Origin: the human T2T-CHM13v2.0 reference genome, Homo sapiens
Strand: one strand, 5' to 3'
Length of the DNA stretch: 64,000 bases
Assembly: GCF_009914755.1 (NCBI RefSeq)
Contig: NC_060926.1
The notes under the pieces are model-generated. The model made no database searches. It worked only from the letters and a program-made list of their open reading frames with translations, and had not been told where the DNA came from. Made by a program: the position numbers and the translations under genes. Each line of letters begins with the position of its first letter. The stretch's first letter is position 1. Shown here one piece after another: positions 38,030 through 53,266 of the stretch.

Positions 38030-38323
38030 GCCGGGCATGGGGGCTCATGCCTGTAATCCCAGCATTTTAGGAGGCTGAGGTGGAAGGATCGCTTGAGCCG
38101 GGAGTTTGAGACCAATCTGGGCAACATAGTGAGACCCCCATCTCTAAAAATGTCTGTAAAAATTAGCTGGGTGTGTTGGTGTGTGCCTGTGGTCCCAGTT
38201 CCTCAGGAGGCTGAGGCAGGAGGATCACTTGGGGCCAGGAGGTCAGGGTGACAGTAGGCTGTGATCCCACCACTGCCCTCCAGCCTAGGCCACAGAGAGA
38301 GACCCTGTCTCAAAAAAAAAAAA
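38030..38323 (+). mobile_element. AluJ
   Basis: Full dimeric Alu with J-type GGATCGCTTGAGCC and GAGACCCTGTCTC. TSD core AATTCAAA on both sides. Confidence 0.93.
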
Positions 38324-38645
38324 TAATTCAAATATATGAAAATACAAAGAACCTGAATCATAGTGCACTGCAGGGTCAGCATCATGCTCGGGAGAAAGCT
38401 GGTCTATTTGCAGTGACGCCATCATGCAGCCTAGGAGATACTGCCTCACCCAAAACCCCAATGTCCGGTTGTTTACCTAAAATTTATCTCTGCATGTCAA
38501 AATAATTTGTCAGATATGCAACTTTAGAAGTAACAGAACTCCAGATGACAAAACCCAGACAAATCAGTTTTTACTGCATTTTCTTGACTATGATATTATT
38601 TTTCAATGACCGTTTTATATTGCATTGAAATTTTTAACATTAGTT

Positions 38646-40660
<2,015 letters not shown>

Positions 40661-40689
40661 GGTTGGGATTTTTTTAAAATTAAATTTAG

Positions 40690-40956
<267 letters not shown>

Positions 40957-41099
40957 TAAAGCAGGGAACCACAATCTTTTGAAAGCAGTGGCCTGTGTCT
41001 TAGATTTTTGGTAAGGTATATATTTTAGGGCTTAGGTATATATAGCAACCAAACATCAAGGTTTAACATATATTACAACTTAAAATCTGTCTTCAAAAC

Positions 41100-41760
41100 A
41101 TCAAAACAGTTTTAAGAATGAATAATGGATTAATAAAAATATTTGTCCATATGCAAAACAGAAATGTTAATTTCCATAATATATAATGAACCATTGCAAA
41201 TTAATAAGAAAAATACAAGTGAATCACCAAAAATTTCAAAAATAAAATAAATTGCTTTAAAAAGTAAGAAAACATGTATGCTTCTTAGAAATAAAATACA
41301 TTAAAGTTAAAATCTGGCTACATCACCAAGTGGACGGTTCTCACAGTAGTCCTCATCAATGTGCTGCAGGACGCAGCGGAATGCACATTCTCATAAACAG
41401 CTGGTGGGAATGCAGATTGGTCAAAATTTTGGGAGGTAATTAGACAAAATATTTTTAGTCTTAAACATGTGCACACCTTTTGACCTAGTAATTCCAGTTT
41501 TAGAAATATATCTTAATAGTCAGAGGCGTGTGCACATCTCTGTGGGTTTATATATTTACGAAGTTGTTCAGTGTTGCATTTTTGTAGCCTAATGCATGGA
41601 AAATCACCTAGCTGTCCAGCCATGGAAGAAAAAGTAAAAATAATATGGCATAGCTTAAAATGGAATGCTGTACAGACATAAATATTTTTTAAAACCATTT
41701 AAAGCCATGTGTAACTGCTCATGGCAGATTGCCTAGTAAAAAATCAGAAAAAATGTATGC
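41100..41760 (+). mobile_element. Old L1ME 3' fragment
   Basis: GCTGGTGGGAATGCAGATTGG...CCTTTTGACCTAGTAATTCCAGTTTTAGAAAT. Confidence 0.65.
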
Positions 41761-41819
41761 AGAGCAGTTTTCAATGACTTCCAAGATGCCTGCAGGATGT
41801 GGGGATGCTGCTGTGGCTG

Positions 41820-42020
41820 AGTGAGTCTGTGGTCAGAAAGAGCTCTAAGTGTGGCTCCCAGCCCCAGCACCCTGACTGAATGGAGCCTCGCTTGCCTCCT
41901 GAGCCTCAATTTCCCCATCTGCTACCTACATCCTTGAATTGATGTTGCATTAAATGAAATCACAGACCTGGCTTCCAGTGCACAACAACTCTTCAATGAA
42001 TGGTAGTTTTTATTGTTATT
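41820..42020 (+). mobile_element. MIR fragment
   Basis: CTGAGCCTCAATTTCCCCATCTG...ATTAAATGA...CAATGAATGGTAG. Confidence 0.6.
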
Positions 42021-42651
42021 ATAGTTCTCATTACTATTATCATTATTATTCCTAAACAAAAAATACAAATATACCCAAATATTAGCAAAGGCTACTCTGA
42101 GAAGTTAGCTTACTCTTTTTTACAATGTTTATTTTTACAATTACACTGTAAATTCTTATTTACAATGTTTTTTATATTCTTACCTTATAGTTTCATACAG
42201 GTTGGAGATCTTCTATAATCAATGAGTTCTTTTATCATCAGAGTAAAATTAAACAATTCTCGTTATGTGTTTCCTAACAGCTCCACAGTCTCATTCATTT
42301 AGACTTTTTTCTCTTTTCAAAGAAATGAATCTGTCATTCTGAAAATAAATTCCTTACAGTTAGACTCCATAGTCATGAATCTTTTTGAAAATAATTTTAG
42401 AATTTTTCGTTTATTATACTTAATGCTTTAATTCATGTTATATATTGAGAGAAAAAACTATATTAACCATATAAAAACATTTATATATTTCCTTGGATGT
42501 ATTTTAAGTGTGTTCTTTTTATATATTTATCAGTTACTGTACAATTATAATACTTTTAAAATTATTACAATGTTAAAATACATTTCAATATCAGTTTGTA
42601 TATGGGTCAACTGCTTGCATTTTAAATAATGATTTAGAATTAACTTTTTAC

Positions 42652-42846
42652 CATGGCCTTTCCTCTGTGCACCTCATCTCTGGTGTCTCTTTCCCTTCTT
42701 ATGAGGACGCTGGTCCTGTTGGATGAGGGCCCCACCCTTATGCTTTCCTGGAAGCTTTATGCCTCCTCAAGGCCCCGTCTCCAATAGGGCATTCAGGACT
42801 TCCACACAAAAATCGCGGGGAGGCAGACGCAATCCGTTCCTTAATA
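42652..42846 (-). mobile_element. MLT1A/B-type MaLR LTR fragment
   Basis: CATGGCCTTTCCTCTGTGC...CTTCTTATGAGGAC...GGGCCCCACCCTTATG. Confidence 0.7.
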
Positions 42847-43029
42847 GAAAGTCTGATATTTCTCATCATCTAGTGCATGATTGAACAGACTTCTGAAGTC
42901 TGAATCTGCCTTTGTAAACAGATTTCTTTAGACATGTCTATGTTAAATTGTTTCTGATTTTCACTAGTAGTTGTTTCCTATCATGATTTCTTCATTCTTG
43001 GTCTTTTCACTTTGATCCACGTCATGGTG

Positions 43030-43400
43030 GAGGGGAACTTCCCTTAGAGGATACTTTTCAGGAAGGGCCCACGAGTGGGAGCGTTTTTGAGCACTGCTAT
43101 CTATGCTTATTGGATGAAACACATCTTGCTGCTTAAAACTTTCTGTAGTCATGCGTTCTCTTCCAAATGTTGGGAGGCCTTGTTTCATGACATTTTGACA
43201 CTTAACTTTTAGGGGAAAAATGAAGTTTTGGTTGCTGGGTAGGCAATTGTCCTCCTTGCCCAGTTGCTGGTAGATTTTAGACTTTTCTTTGTTATTATTG
43301 TACACACGACTCTATTTGTTGTCAGTCTTCACTGATCTTTTATTTTTGGTTTGTTTTGCTTTGGTCTGGAATGACGGCACACATTCTTTTCAGCCCAAGA
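43030..43400 (-). mobile_element. HAL1/L1M ORF1 fragment
   Basis: TTTTCAGGAAGGGCCCACG...AAAACTTTCTGTAGTCA resembles the HAL1 antisense strand. Confidence 0.45.
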
Positions 43401-43407
43401 TGGTTGG

Positions 43408-44232
43408 TTTTTTATTTTCTTATTGATACATAATATTGTACATATTTGTGGGGCACATGCAATATTTGCATACATGCATAGAATGTGTGATGATCAAATG
43501 AGGGTATTTAGGATGCCCATCACCGTGAATACTTACTATTTCTTTGTATTGGGAACATTGCAAATCTTCTCTTCTAGCTATATTGCAATACACGATATAT
43601 TGTTGTTAACTATAGTCACCCTACTGTTCTACAGACACTAGAATGTATTCCTTTCATCTAACTGTGTCCGCTAACCAGCCTATTTTCATCCTTCCACTCC
43701 TACACCCTTCCCAGCCTCTGGTATCCATCGTTCTACCCTCTACCTCCATGAGATCGTCTTTTTCAGCTCCCACATGCGAGTGAGAACATGTGATGTTTGT
43801 CTTCCTGTGCCTGGCTTATTCCCCTTAACCTAATGCTTCCAGTTTCATCCACGTTGCTACAAATGACAGAATTTCATTCTTTTTTTTGGCTGAATAGTAT
43901 TCCATTGTGTGTGCATGTGTGTGTCTGTGTGCATGCATGTGTGTGTGTGCATGTGTGCTTGTGTGTGCGCACGCACAGGAGTGTATGCGTGTGTGCATGT
44001 TTTTGTGTGTACATATGTATATCACATTTTCTTTACCCGTCCATCGCTGGTGGACACTTAGGTTGATTCCATGTCTCTGTTATTGTGAACATTGCTGCGC
44101 TGATCGTGGGGTGCGGGCATCCTTTGACATTCTGATTTCCTTTCCTTTGGAGAGATGTCCAGCAGTGGGATTGCTGGATCATATTTTTTCTAAGTTCTAT
44201 TTTACTCTTAGTTTCCTGAGAAGCCTCTATAA
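43408..44232 (-). mobile_element. L1MA (L1MA4-7-like) 3' fragment with internal degenerate (TG)n at ~43906-44020
   Basis: TATTGATACATAATATTGTACATATTT...TTAACTATAGTCACCCTAC...GCTCCCACATGCGAGTGAGAACATG. Confidence 0.85.
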
Positions 44233-45277
44233 TTCATACTGGACTAGAAACACAGCATCAGATGCAAGATTTTCCCCCACAGAAGGATAATTAATCACCT
44301 AATAAACTATGTGCATTGTGAAAATAAAAAATAAAGTCTTGCAAGTCAGGTGACAATGAGCAGAGCTGTGCATCATCTTAAAGGAGGAGAAGAAATAACA
44401 GGGTACGATCTCACAATCCACCCTTCCAAGAATGATTTCAGAAAGAGAAACTGATTGGGTGTCTTCAAGGGGATAATTTTGCAATGAGAAGGTCAACTGT
44501 TAGGTTACCACTTTTCTTCTGGCCCAAAAGAGGCTTACAGCTGTGGACATCTGATAGAAAAGTTGCTGGTGCACCGCCGGCGGGAATGTGAGTGAACGCC
44601 GGGGAGTCGCCCGTTCTTTGCCTGTTGTCTTTCCGTGTCTCCAGTCCCTTTCCATGGATCACAGGTGATCCTGGGGAAGATTCTATTTCCTGTTCTTACA
44701 GATGCCCACTTCATTCTCACGACTTTCTGAGCATGCCTCTTGCTGCTATGGAATTCTTGCTCATGGTCCCCACACATGCTACTGCCCCTCTGGTCTCTTC
44801 CCGGCCCCGGTACACACGTGCACCTGTGGTGACTATCTCTCCCTGGGGTCCGCACACTGCTGGTCCACACCACCCTCGTGGCTTTCACACACACGCTCCT
44901 GCCCAAAGTTTGCTTGAGGTTGTGGCCTCTGAATAGTCCAAGAAAGGCTGTGCAGGCCAAGAAGCAGGTGGTGTTCTGGCTGCTGTGAGAGCTCAAAACA
45001 TGACAGAATGAGGATGACAGGCATCTGGACATAGGGAGGGAGGTTTGCTGAGAGCTCCAAGGCTCCTTTCCTCTCTGTAGGAGAAGGAGTTCTCGGAGGG
45101 AGGAGGGACAGCTGGGCATGTTTTCTGTACTGCGGCTCCGTCGGCCGCACGATGAGGAAAGATGCTGTGGGTCTGTGCCCTGCAGGGTGGACCCTGCCTT
45201 CCGTGTTCACACTTCTGGCTTCTCCTTTCACTCATGGCTTCATGGGGAGGAGGGGGAGACCTCAGGGAGTCTGGAGA

Positions 45278-45431
45278 GGTGTCACGACTGCATTTACGTC
45301 GCTCCCTAAATTCCTACTTGCCGCTTCCGGTGTCACGACTGCATTTACGTCGCTCCCTAAATTCCTACTTGCCGCTTCCGGTGTCACGACTGCATTTACG
45401 TCGCTCCCTAAATTCCTACTTGCCGCTTCCG
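45278..45431. repeat. Three perfect 51-bp tandem copies
   Basis: GGTGTCACGACTGCATTTACGTCGCTCCCTAAATTCCTACTTGCCGCTTCC at 45278, 45329 and 45380. Confidence 0.97.
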
Positions 45432-46046
45432 CTCACTGTCTTCTGCCCACACCCTTTCTCACTTGCTTGGGTTGGGGAACTTAGAGAAGGAAAAGACAAT
45501 TGAATTAGGTCAAAATTCTATTGATATTTAGGAAAACCTGGGCATGTAATTATTTGATAAATGTCAATTCATATGACAGAACTTAAACTTTTAAAATATT
45601 TTACTACATAAAGATTTAAGTGTTTAGAAACAGTAACATTTTAAATTTCTAATGATAAAGAAGAGGCTTTCACTATTTGTTTGAGCTACTTTGTTAACTT
45701 GATCCTCCAAGTCTAAAATTTGGGGTTTAGTTTATAATCTAGAGAGAACACAGATTACATTAATAATTTTAACTGGCTGTGTGACTTTTGACAGCTGTGT
45801 CAGCCTCTCTGGATTTCTAATTAAATCTCGGATACAGGCTGCAGCAACTGACTTACTTACATGGGTACGGCCAGTTGCACTGGGCAGCAGGTACTGGACT
45901 CATTTCACCTACAGTCTGCAACAGCAAGTGGTCTTTTGAGCATTCGTGTGGGGACAAGGACTTGTGTTCACCTTTGTCACTCTGTGGGAGGGCAGGTAGG
46001 GGGCTTTCTTCCAAGGGTATGGGGCATGTAGTCATTCCATGTAATC

Positions 46047-46234
46047 CAGGGGTTCCCAACTATGGGCAGGTTTGCCAGGAGACATTTGGCCCTTTTTAGG
46101 GACATTTTGTTTGGGAACGCCGGGGGCGGCACCGTCATCTACTAGATGGAGGCCAGGGATGCGGCTGAACATCCCCCACAACAGAGACGCATCCAGTCCA
46201 GATGGTCAGCAATGCTGAGGCTGAGAGGCAGATG
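46047..46234 (+). mobile_element. MER20 hAT-Charlie DNA transposon
   Basis: CAGGGGTTCCCAAC...GACATTTGGC...GAGGCCAGGGATGCGGCTGAACATCC...GCTGAGGCTGAGA. Confidence 0.8.
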
Positions 46235-47716
46235 TGGGTCGATGAACTGTGGTGTGGTTCTTTCTGCCTTTGATGACTCCAGTGTCTGTCATTTTGCTGA
46301 GAAACTGATGCCTTTGAATTTATCTTTGATGGAGCTATAAAGCTTCAATAGCACAGAAGACCAGTTCAATTTTTTTAGTATGTATATTTTTTCCACAAAT
46401 GCTCAAAGTACACATAAAAAAATGCTGTAGTTGTTCCAAAAAATAATGCAGTTTGTTCCCAAACCCTAATATTGTACTTGAAAGTGACTCTAAATCCATA
46501 TGGTCCACATGGAAAGGGGGAAAAGGCTCTTTCATGAATATTTTTTAGCTTGAGACTTTGCCAATATCATATTACAAATGACAATATTACCAGGAATTTC
46601 AGAGGGTGATGTAATTAGAATCATGAAAATTTTGAGCTGCAAAAAGGTTTAGGGATCATACAAAATTCAAGATGCTCAGGCAGACTGTCCCAGTATCTTA
46701 GGTCCAGTATCTGGGTCCAAGAGGGTAAGTCCTAACAGCAAGTCCTAAGGTCAGTCCCAGCAGTACCCAGGGTGCAGCCAGGGCCCCAGAGCCTGCAGGT
46801 CATCTCCATCCCCACTGAGCTGCTTCCTCTGTTCCGTCGTGAAAAAAGAGTTTTAGGAAGCAGACTCACTCCTGTGTGTGTTTTCAAAACTAATTGACAT
46901 TACTTGATCCTAAAATATATTTATTGTATCTGAAAAACACACATCAAAAATGTGGTTGTTGAGAAAATAGAATTTTATGTCAGGATGCAGTAGGATTTGT
47001 AACACAGCTCATTATTGTAAGGATTCCTGTGTTTTACGGGAGCCAGGCCCCTGATGTCCTGCTCAGTGGCATTAAGGGAGTGTCGTGTTTGCTGGGGCTG
47101 AGATTCATGATGAAAGGAAGCATTTTTCGGGCTGAGTGGCACACGACCATGGCATGGAATAAAAGCTGCTGTGTAAACATCACGATCTTCTAAATAGATA
47201 CCAGGTACCCGTGTTTTAACAGGGCCCGACAATGTGGCTCATGTCTGGCGTTGTATGTTCCTGTACACATCATTGAGCTCTGCCTTTCCCAGCATCCACG
47301 GTGACCCTGGAGCAGTGGAGGCACTGGAGACCCTGGGAGCAAGTCACAGGCTCTGGTCTTAGGGATTCCCAACACAGTGTCCGTGGAATGTGTTACTCGA
47401 ATAAAGCCAGAGATCAAGATGTAATTGAAATTTATAACAAGGGTGCTAGTAAACAGGCAGGTGTGATTAGCAGCACTGATTTAGATCCAGTGGTCAAGGA
47501 CAGTGCTTGGAAAAAGTGTCACTTGAAAGATGAATACAAATTAATTAGTGAGAGAGGGCCAGAGGGGCACTCCAGGCAGAAGGCATGACATTCCCTGTAT
47601 TGGGTGATAAAAAATAGAAGCTACTCTTTCACTCTGCAATCAGTGAACACATTGTGATTTAATCAACTTCCTAAAAGTCACTGTGTCCCTCTCATTTGGG
47701 GCTGGTTAGTAGGGCC

Positions 47717-47890
47717 CAGTGGAAAAAAGTGTAGGCTGTGGAGTGAGGCCAACCTGGGTTCTCATCCACCTGCAGGATTTGCTCCCTGTGGCATCCTGGC
47801 ATGATACCAAACCTCTCAAAGCTGTGTGGGGTGCGTAAAGTGGGGTGCTGGAGAATGATGAGAATGACAACCCCTATCTCTCGAGGTCTT
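47717..47890 (+). mobile_element. MIR fragment
   Basis: CAGTGGAAAAAAGTGTAGGCTGTGGAGTGAGGCCAACCTGGGTTCTCATCC. Confidence 0.55.
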
Positions 47891-47899
47891 TCGAATCAG

Positions 47900-48350
47900 C
47901 TTCCAGGCCCTGCAGGTCTGCACCCTCCCCTACCCCACTAACTTTTTGACCTTATCTTTGACCCCTCCTGCTGCTGCCGACTTGGCCTGTTCCCTCCCTG
48001 AACCTGCTCTCCAGGCTGTGGATGACGTGACCTTCCCACTTCCCCTGCTAGCTTCCTCTCAGCTCCAGGTCCACAGTCAGAGGCATCTGCTGTGAGCCCC
48101 AGGGCTTGCGTTTTAAACTGCATCCCCCACTGCCCTGCACTCCTTATCACCTTTCCTTTGTTTATTTTCCCAGGACTAATTAGCTATGATTCTCTACATT
48201 TTCTTGATTTATTGTTTATATCCCCAACTAGAATTAATCTTCAAGAAACCAGGGATTTTCATTTGCTTTTTAATCAATGCTAAATCCAGTGTTCATAAAA
48301 GTAGCTGGTAAATAAGTTGACACTGAACAGATATTTGTTAAAAGAATAAA
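47900..48350 (+). mobile_element. L2 3' end fragment
   Basis: TCCCCAACTAGAAT...CAGGGATTTT...ATATTTGTTAAAAGAATAAA terminal pattern. Confidence 0.6.
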
Positions 48351-48533
48351 CTTCCAAGGGCTTCTGCGAGCCTTAGGGATTATAGGTACAAAGTGTCTAC
48401 TATAGTGCCTGGCATAGGGTAAGTGCAGAAAAATGATAAACATTTTTGTATTTTAACATAAAAATTAGCATTTAAATTAAAAACTGGTAATAATGCATCC
48501 TTTGAATATTATTTTTTTAAATGAGAACCTTCT

Positions 48534-49803
48534 GGACTGTCTTTTCAATCAGTGGTATTGGAAAAATTCGATATCCATATGCAGAAAAATGAAGTTGGAG
48601 CCTTACCTCACACCACATACAAAAATGTAATTCAAAATGGTTCAAAGGCCTAAATGTAAGAGTAAAGGTATAAAATTCTTAAAATAAAACATAGGGAAAA
48701 GCTACATGATATTAAATTTAGCAGTAGTTTCTTGGTTATGACATCAAAAGTACAGGTAACAAAAGAAAAAATAGATTAATTGGACTTTATTAAAATTGAA
48801 AACTTTTGTGCAGCAAAGGAAATTATCAACATAGTGGATAGGCAATCCATATAATTGGAAGAAATATCTGCAAATTATAAATCTGATAAGGAATTAATTT
48901 CCAAAATATATAAAGGACTCCTACAGCGCAACAAGTAAAGAAAAGGACCAACCTAATTAAACTATGGGCAAAGAAGTTGAGTGGACATTTCTCCAAAGAA
49001 GACACATGGATGGCCAATAACTTTATTGCACGTGAAAAGATGCTTGACACCACTAGTCAAAGGAAAATCAGATCAAAACCACCACACGATACCACCTCAC
49101 AACTATCAGGGTGGCTCTTATCAAGCAAACAGAAAGTAGCAAGTGTGACCAGGATGTGGAGGAATTGGAGCCCTTTCACACTGATGAGAATGTGAAATGG
49201 TGCAGCAGCTGCAGAAAACAGTATCGGGGCTCCTCAGAAAACTAAACATAGAATCCCCACACGATCCAGTAGTGCCACTTCTGGTTATATACTGAAAATA
49301 ATTGGAAGCAGGAACTTGAACAGATGTGTGCCCAACAGTGTTCAAAACACTATTTTACATGGTATTTAAAGGGTAGAAACCACCTAAATGCTCATCAACG
49401 AATGAACAGATAAACACAACATGGTGTATACACACAAGGGAATATTATTCAGCCTTTAGAAAATGAAGCTGTGATACATACTTCAACATGGATGAATCTT
49501 GAAGACGCTACATTACGTGTAAGAAGCCAGGCATAACATATGTGATTCCGTGCAAAGTTCCCTAGAGGAGTCAAATTCACAGAGACAGAAAGTAGAATGA
49601 AGGCTGTCAGGGGTTGGGGGAGTGGGGAGGAGTGTGATGGTTTAACAGATACAGAGTTGTACTTCGGGAAGATGAAAACGCCCTGGGGGTGGATAGTGGG
49701 GCTGATTGCACAGCAATGTGAATGAACTTAATGCTGCTGAACTGCACACCTAAAAATGGTTACAATGATAAATATTATGTAATATCTATTTATACAGTAA
49801 AAA
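48534..49803 (+). mobile_element. L1MB-type LINE-1 3' portion
   Basis: GAAGTTGGAGCCTTACCTCACACCA...AGTCAAATTCACAGAGACAGAAAGTAGAATG...ACTGCACACCTAAAAATGGTTA. Confidence 0.88.
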
Positions 49804-50115
49804 TGAGGGCTTTCTCACAAATACTATCAATACTTCTGAAGGTATTTTCCACATTGCACTACACATAAAGTGTGTGTTTTAAACGTTACAATATTATGTG
49901 ACAGACATTTTGGCAATTCTTTCCTGTATTCCTCTTCTGTATTTTATCTTAATGTACATATAGGAAAAATCCAAAGCTTTAGAAAATTTGCCACTTGGCA
50001 TCAACTTTGGACTGTCCTAACACAAACTGTTCAATATATTAAAGAGAAAATTGAGTACAGTTAATGAGAGTGGGGGAGAACCAGAGGCCAAGAGAGAGGC
50101 AGGTGCCTGCCAAGG

Positions 50116-51827
50116 TAGAGACAAAGGTTCACGCAGAAGATAAAGGTTCACACAGAAGATAAAGGTTCACACAGAAGATAAAGGGACACACAGAAGATAA
50201 AGGGACATGCAGAAGATAAAGGTTCATGCAGAAGATAAAGGTTCACACAGAAGATAAAGGTTCATGCAGAAGATAAAGGGACACGTGAAAGATAAATGTT
50301 CATGCAGAAGATAAAGGTTCATGCAGAAAATAAAGGGTCATGAAGAAAATAAAGTTTCATGCAGAAGATAAAGGTTCACGCAGAAGATAAATGTTCACAC
50401 AGAAGATAAAGGTTCATGCAGAAGATAAAGGGACACGCAGAAGATAAAGGGACATGCAGTAGATAAAGGTTTATGCAGAAGATAAAGGTTCACGCAGAAG
50501 ATAAAGGTTCATGCAGAAGAAAAAGGGACTTGCAAAAGATAAAGGTTCACGCAGAAGAAAAAGGTTCATGCAGAAGATAAAAGGACATGCAGAAGATAAA
50601 GGTTCATGCAGAAGATAAAGGTTCACACAGAAGATAAAAGATTTATGCAGAAGATAAGGGACACGTGAAAGATAAAGGTTCATGCAGAAGATAAAGATTC
50701 ACACAGAAGATAAAGGGACATGCAGAAGATAAAGTTTCACGCAGAAGATAAAGGGACACGCAGACGATAAAGGTTCACGCAGAAGATAAAGGTTCATGCA
50801 GAAGATAAAGGTTCACGGGGAAGATAAAGGTTCACGCAAAAGACAAAAGTTCACGTGGAAGATAAAGGGACATGCAGAAGATAAAGGTTCATGCGGAAGA
50901 TAAAGGTTCATGCAGAAGATAAAGGGACACGCAGAAGATAAAGGGACATGCAGAAGATAAAGGTTCATGCAGAAGATAAAGGTTCACGCAGAAGATAAAG
51001 GTTCATGCAGAAGATAAAGGGACATGCGAAAGAAAGGTTCACGCAGAAGATAAAGGTTCATGCAGAAGATAAAGGGACATGCTAAAGATAAAGGTTCACA
51101 CAGAAGATAAAGGTTCATACAGAAGATAAAGGGACATGCAGAAGATAAAGGTTCACGCAGAAGATAAAGGTTCACGCAGAAGGTAAAGGTTCACACAGAA
51201 GATAAAGGTTCATGCAGAAGATAAGGGACATGCGAAAGATAAAGCTTCATGCAGAAGATAAAGGTTCACGCAGAAGATAAAGGGACACGCAGAAGATAAA
51301 GTTTCATGCAGAAGATAAAGGGACACGCAGAAGATAAAGGTTCACGCAGAAGATAAACGTTCACGCAGAAGATAAAGGTTCACGTGGAAGACAAAGGTTC
51401 ACGCAAAAGATAAAGGTTCACATGGAAGATAAAGGGACATGCAGAAGATAAAGGGACATGCAGAAGGTAAAGGTTTATGCAGAAGATAAAAGTTCACGCA
51501 AAAGGTAAAAGTTCACGCAGAAGATAAAGAGACACGTGGAAGATAAAGGTTCACGCAGAAGATAAAGGTTCATGCAGAAGATAAAGGGACATGCGGAAGA
51601 TAAAGGTTCATGCAGAAGATAAAGGTTCACACAGAAGATAAAGGTTCATGCAGAAGATAAAGGGACACGTGGAAGATAAAGTTCACGCAGAAGATACAGG
51701 TTCACGCCGAAGATAAAGGTTCATGCGGAAGATAAAGGGACACGCGGAAGATAAAGGGACATGCGGAAGATAAAGGTTCACACAGAAGATAAAGTTTCAC
51801 ACAGAAGATAAAGGTTCATGCAGAAGG
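50116..51827. repeat. 19-bp VNTR, ~90 copies
   Basis: Unit GCAGAAGATAAAGG(TT/GA)CA(C/T). Confidence 0.98.
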
Positions 51828-52655
51828 TTTCCTTTTACACTTTCCATCTCCATGTTCAGACATCACAGCCTGTTCATTCATAACCTGTTCTATTTTACTG
51901 AGTTGGCTATTTTAATAGGTTACTGAGCTCTACTCGGCACAGTGCCAGGCCCTGGGGGATTTGGTACCAACCACTCGGACCTTATGTTGTGAGGAACTGA
52001 GGACAAGGGCTTGTGAAGTCAAGACCTGAGACACATGATTCCTTCTCTGCAAAGCAATTTTAGTATCTACTGAGAAAGACTATTTCAGCCTTCTAAAATC
52101 ATGACTTCTGTTGGACTAAAGCCAGAAAACAATGCCTTTTAATGTGAGTGAAAGCGACAAAAGATGTATTTTAAAGGTACAAGGTATTGATCTGAGAGTC
52201 CAACATCCTAGAAACTTGAAGTTTATTATTAATCTAGAGAGTGGTTTGGCAAATCAATGCCTAACTTGCCTAAGCTGGTAATTCTATTTAGTGATTCCAC
52301 TTTTTTCCTTTAAGGAAATGAAGAGATCAATGTCTGTAATGATTGTGTAGTAGAGATAAGTGTGCATAACGATTGAATTGTTAACCGTTTTCTATCTTTA
52401 TATCATGCTGCCTGTCTGCTACCCATATTTTGAAAACTGGCCACCTAATTTTCAAGCATGGAATGCTCAGAGCATTTAGGATTAGACAGGGAGGCTGATG
52501 TGCTTTTTACTCAAATTTAGAAACTAAGTTATCGGTGCAGAGTTTTAACCTCAACAACAAGATTAAGACCAAGAAAATGTCAGAACCTTAAGTCAGCAAC
52601 TTACTTGCCTCCAAACTGATGTGGAAATACATCAAGAAGACATCATGAGGCTGCA

Positions 52656-53266
52656 GAAAGTGAATGGGTTTCAACGGCTGGTCTCCCTGCTGCTGATGGA
52701 ACCCGACTTACAGTGTTAGAGATGAAAGTGAATGGGTTTGAACGGCTGGTCTCCCAGCTGATGATGGAACCCGACTTACCATGTTAGAGATGAAAGTGAA
52801 CGGGTTTGAAAGGCTGGTCTCCCTGTTGATGATTGAACCTGACTTAAAGTGTTAGAGATGAAAGTGAACGGGTTTGAAAGGCTGGTCTCCGGGCTGATGA
52901 TGGAACCCGACTTACAGTGTTAGAGATGAAAGTGAACGGGTTTGAACGGCTGGTCTCCCAGCTGATGATGGAACCCGACTTACAGTGTTAGAGATAAAAG
53001 TGAACGGGTTTGAACGGCTGGTCTCCTGGCTGATGATTGAACCCGACTTAGAGTGTTAGAGATGAAAGTGAACGGGTTTGAACGGCTGGTCTCCTGGCTG
53101 ATGATGGAACCCGACTTAGAGTGTTATAGATGAAAGTGAACGGGTTTGAACGGCTGGTCTCCCGGTTGATGATGGAACCCGACTTACAGTGTTAGAGATG
53201 AAAGTGAACGGGTTTGAACGGCTGGTCTCCCGGTTGATGATTGAACCTGACTTAGAGTGTAGAGAT
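52656..53266. repeat. 68-bp VNTR, 9 copies
   Basis: GAAAGTGAACGGGTTTGAACGGCTGGTCTCC...GATGATGGAACCCGACTTACAGTGTTAGAGAT at exact 68-bp steps from 52656 to 53200. Confidence 0.98.

Noticed and set aside
44535-45503. Cluster of 110-194 aa ORFs and an acceptor at 44701
   Set aside because: GC-rich sequence with no recognisable protein and no convincing paired donor; part of the length comes from the 51-bp (17-codon) repeat.
50471-51175. Minus-strand ORFs MNLYLLREPLSSA...
   Set aside because: Translation of the 19-bp VNTR.
52656-53266. C/D-box snoRNA array (TGATGA and CTGA/CCGA in each unit)
   Set aside because: Box D and box C overlap (CTGATGA), with no terminal stems and no spacer or intron structure. 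It is a plain VNTR.
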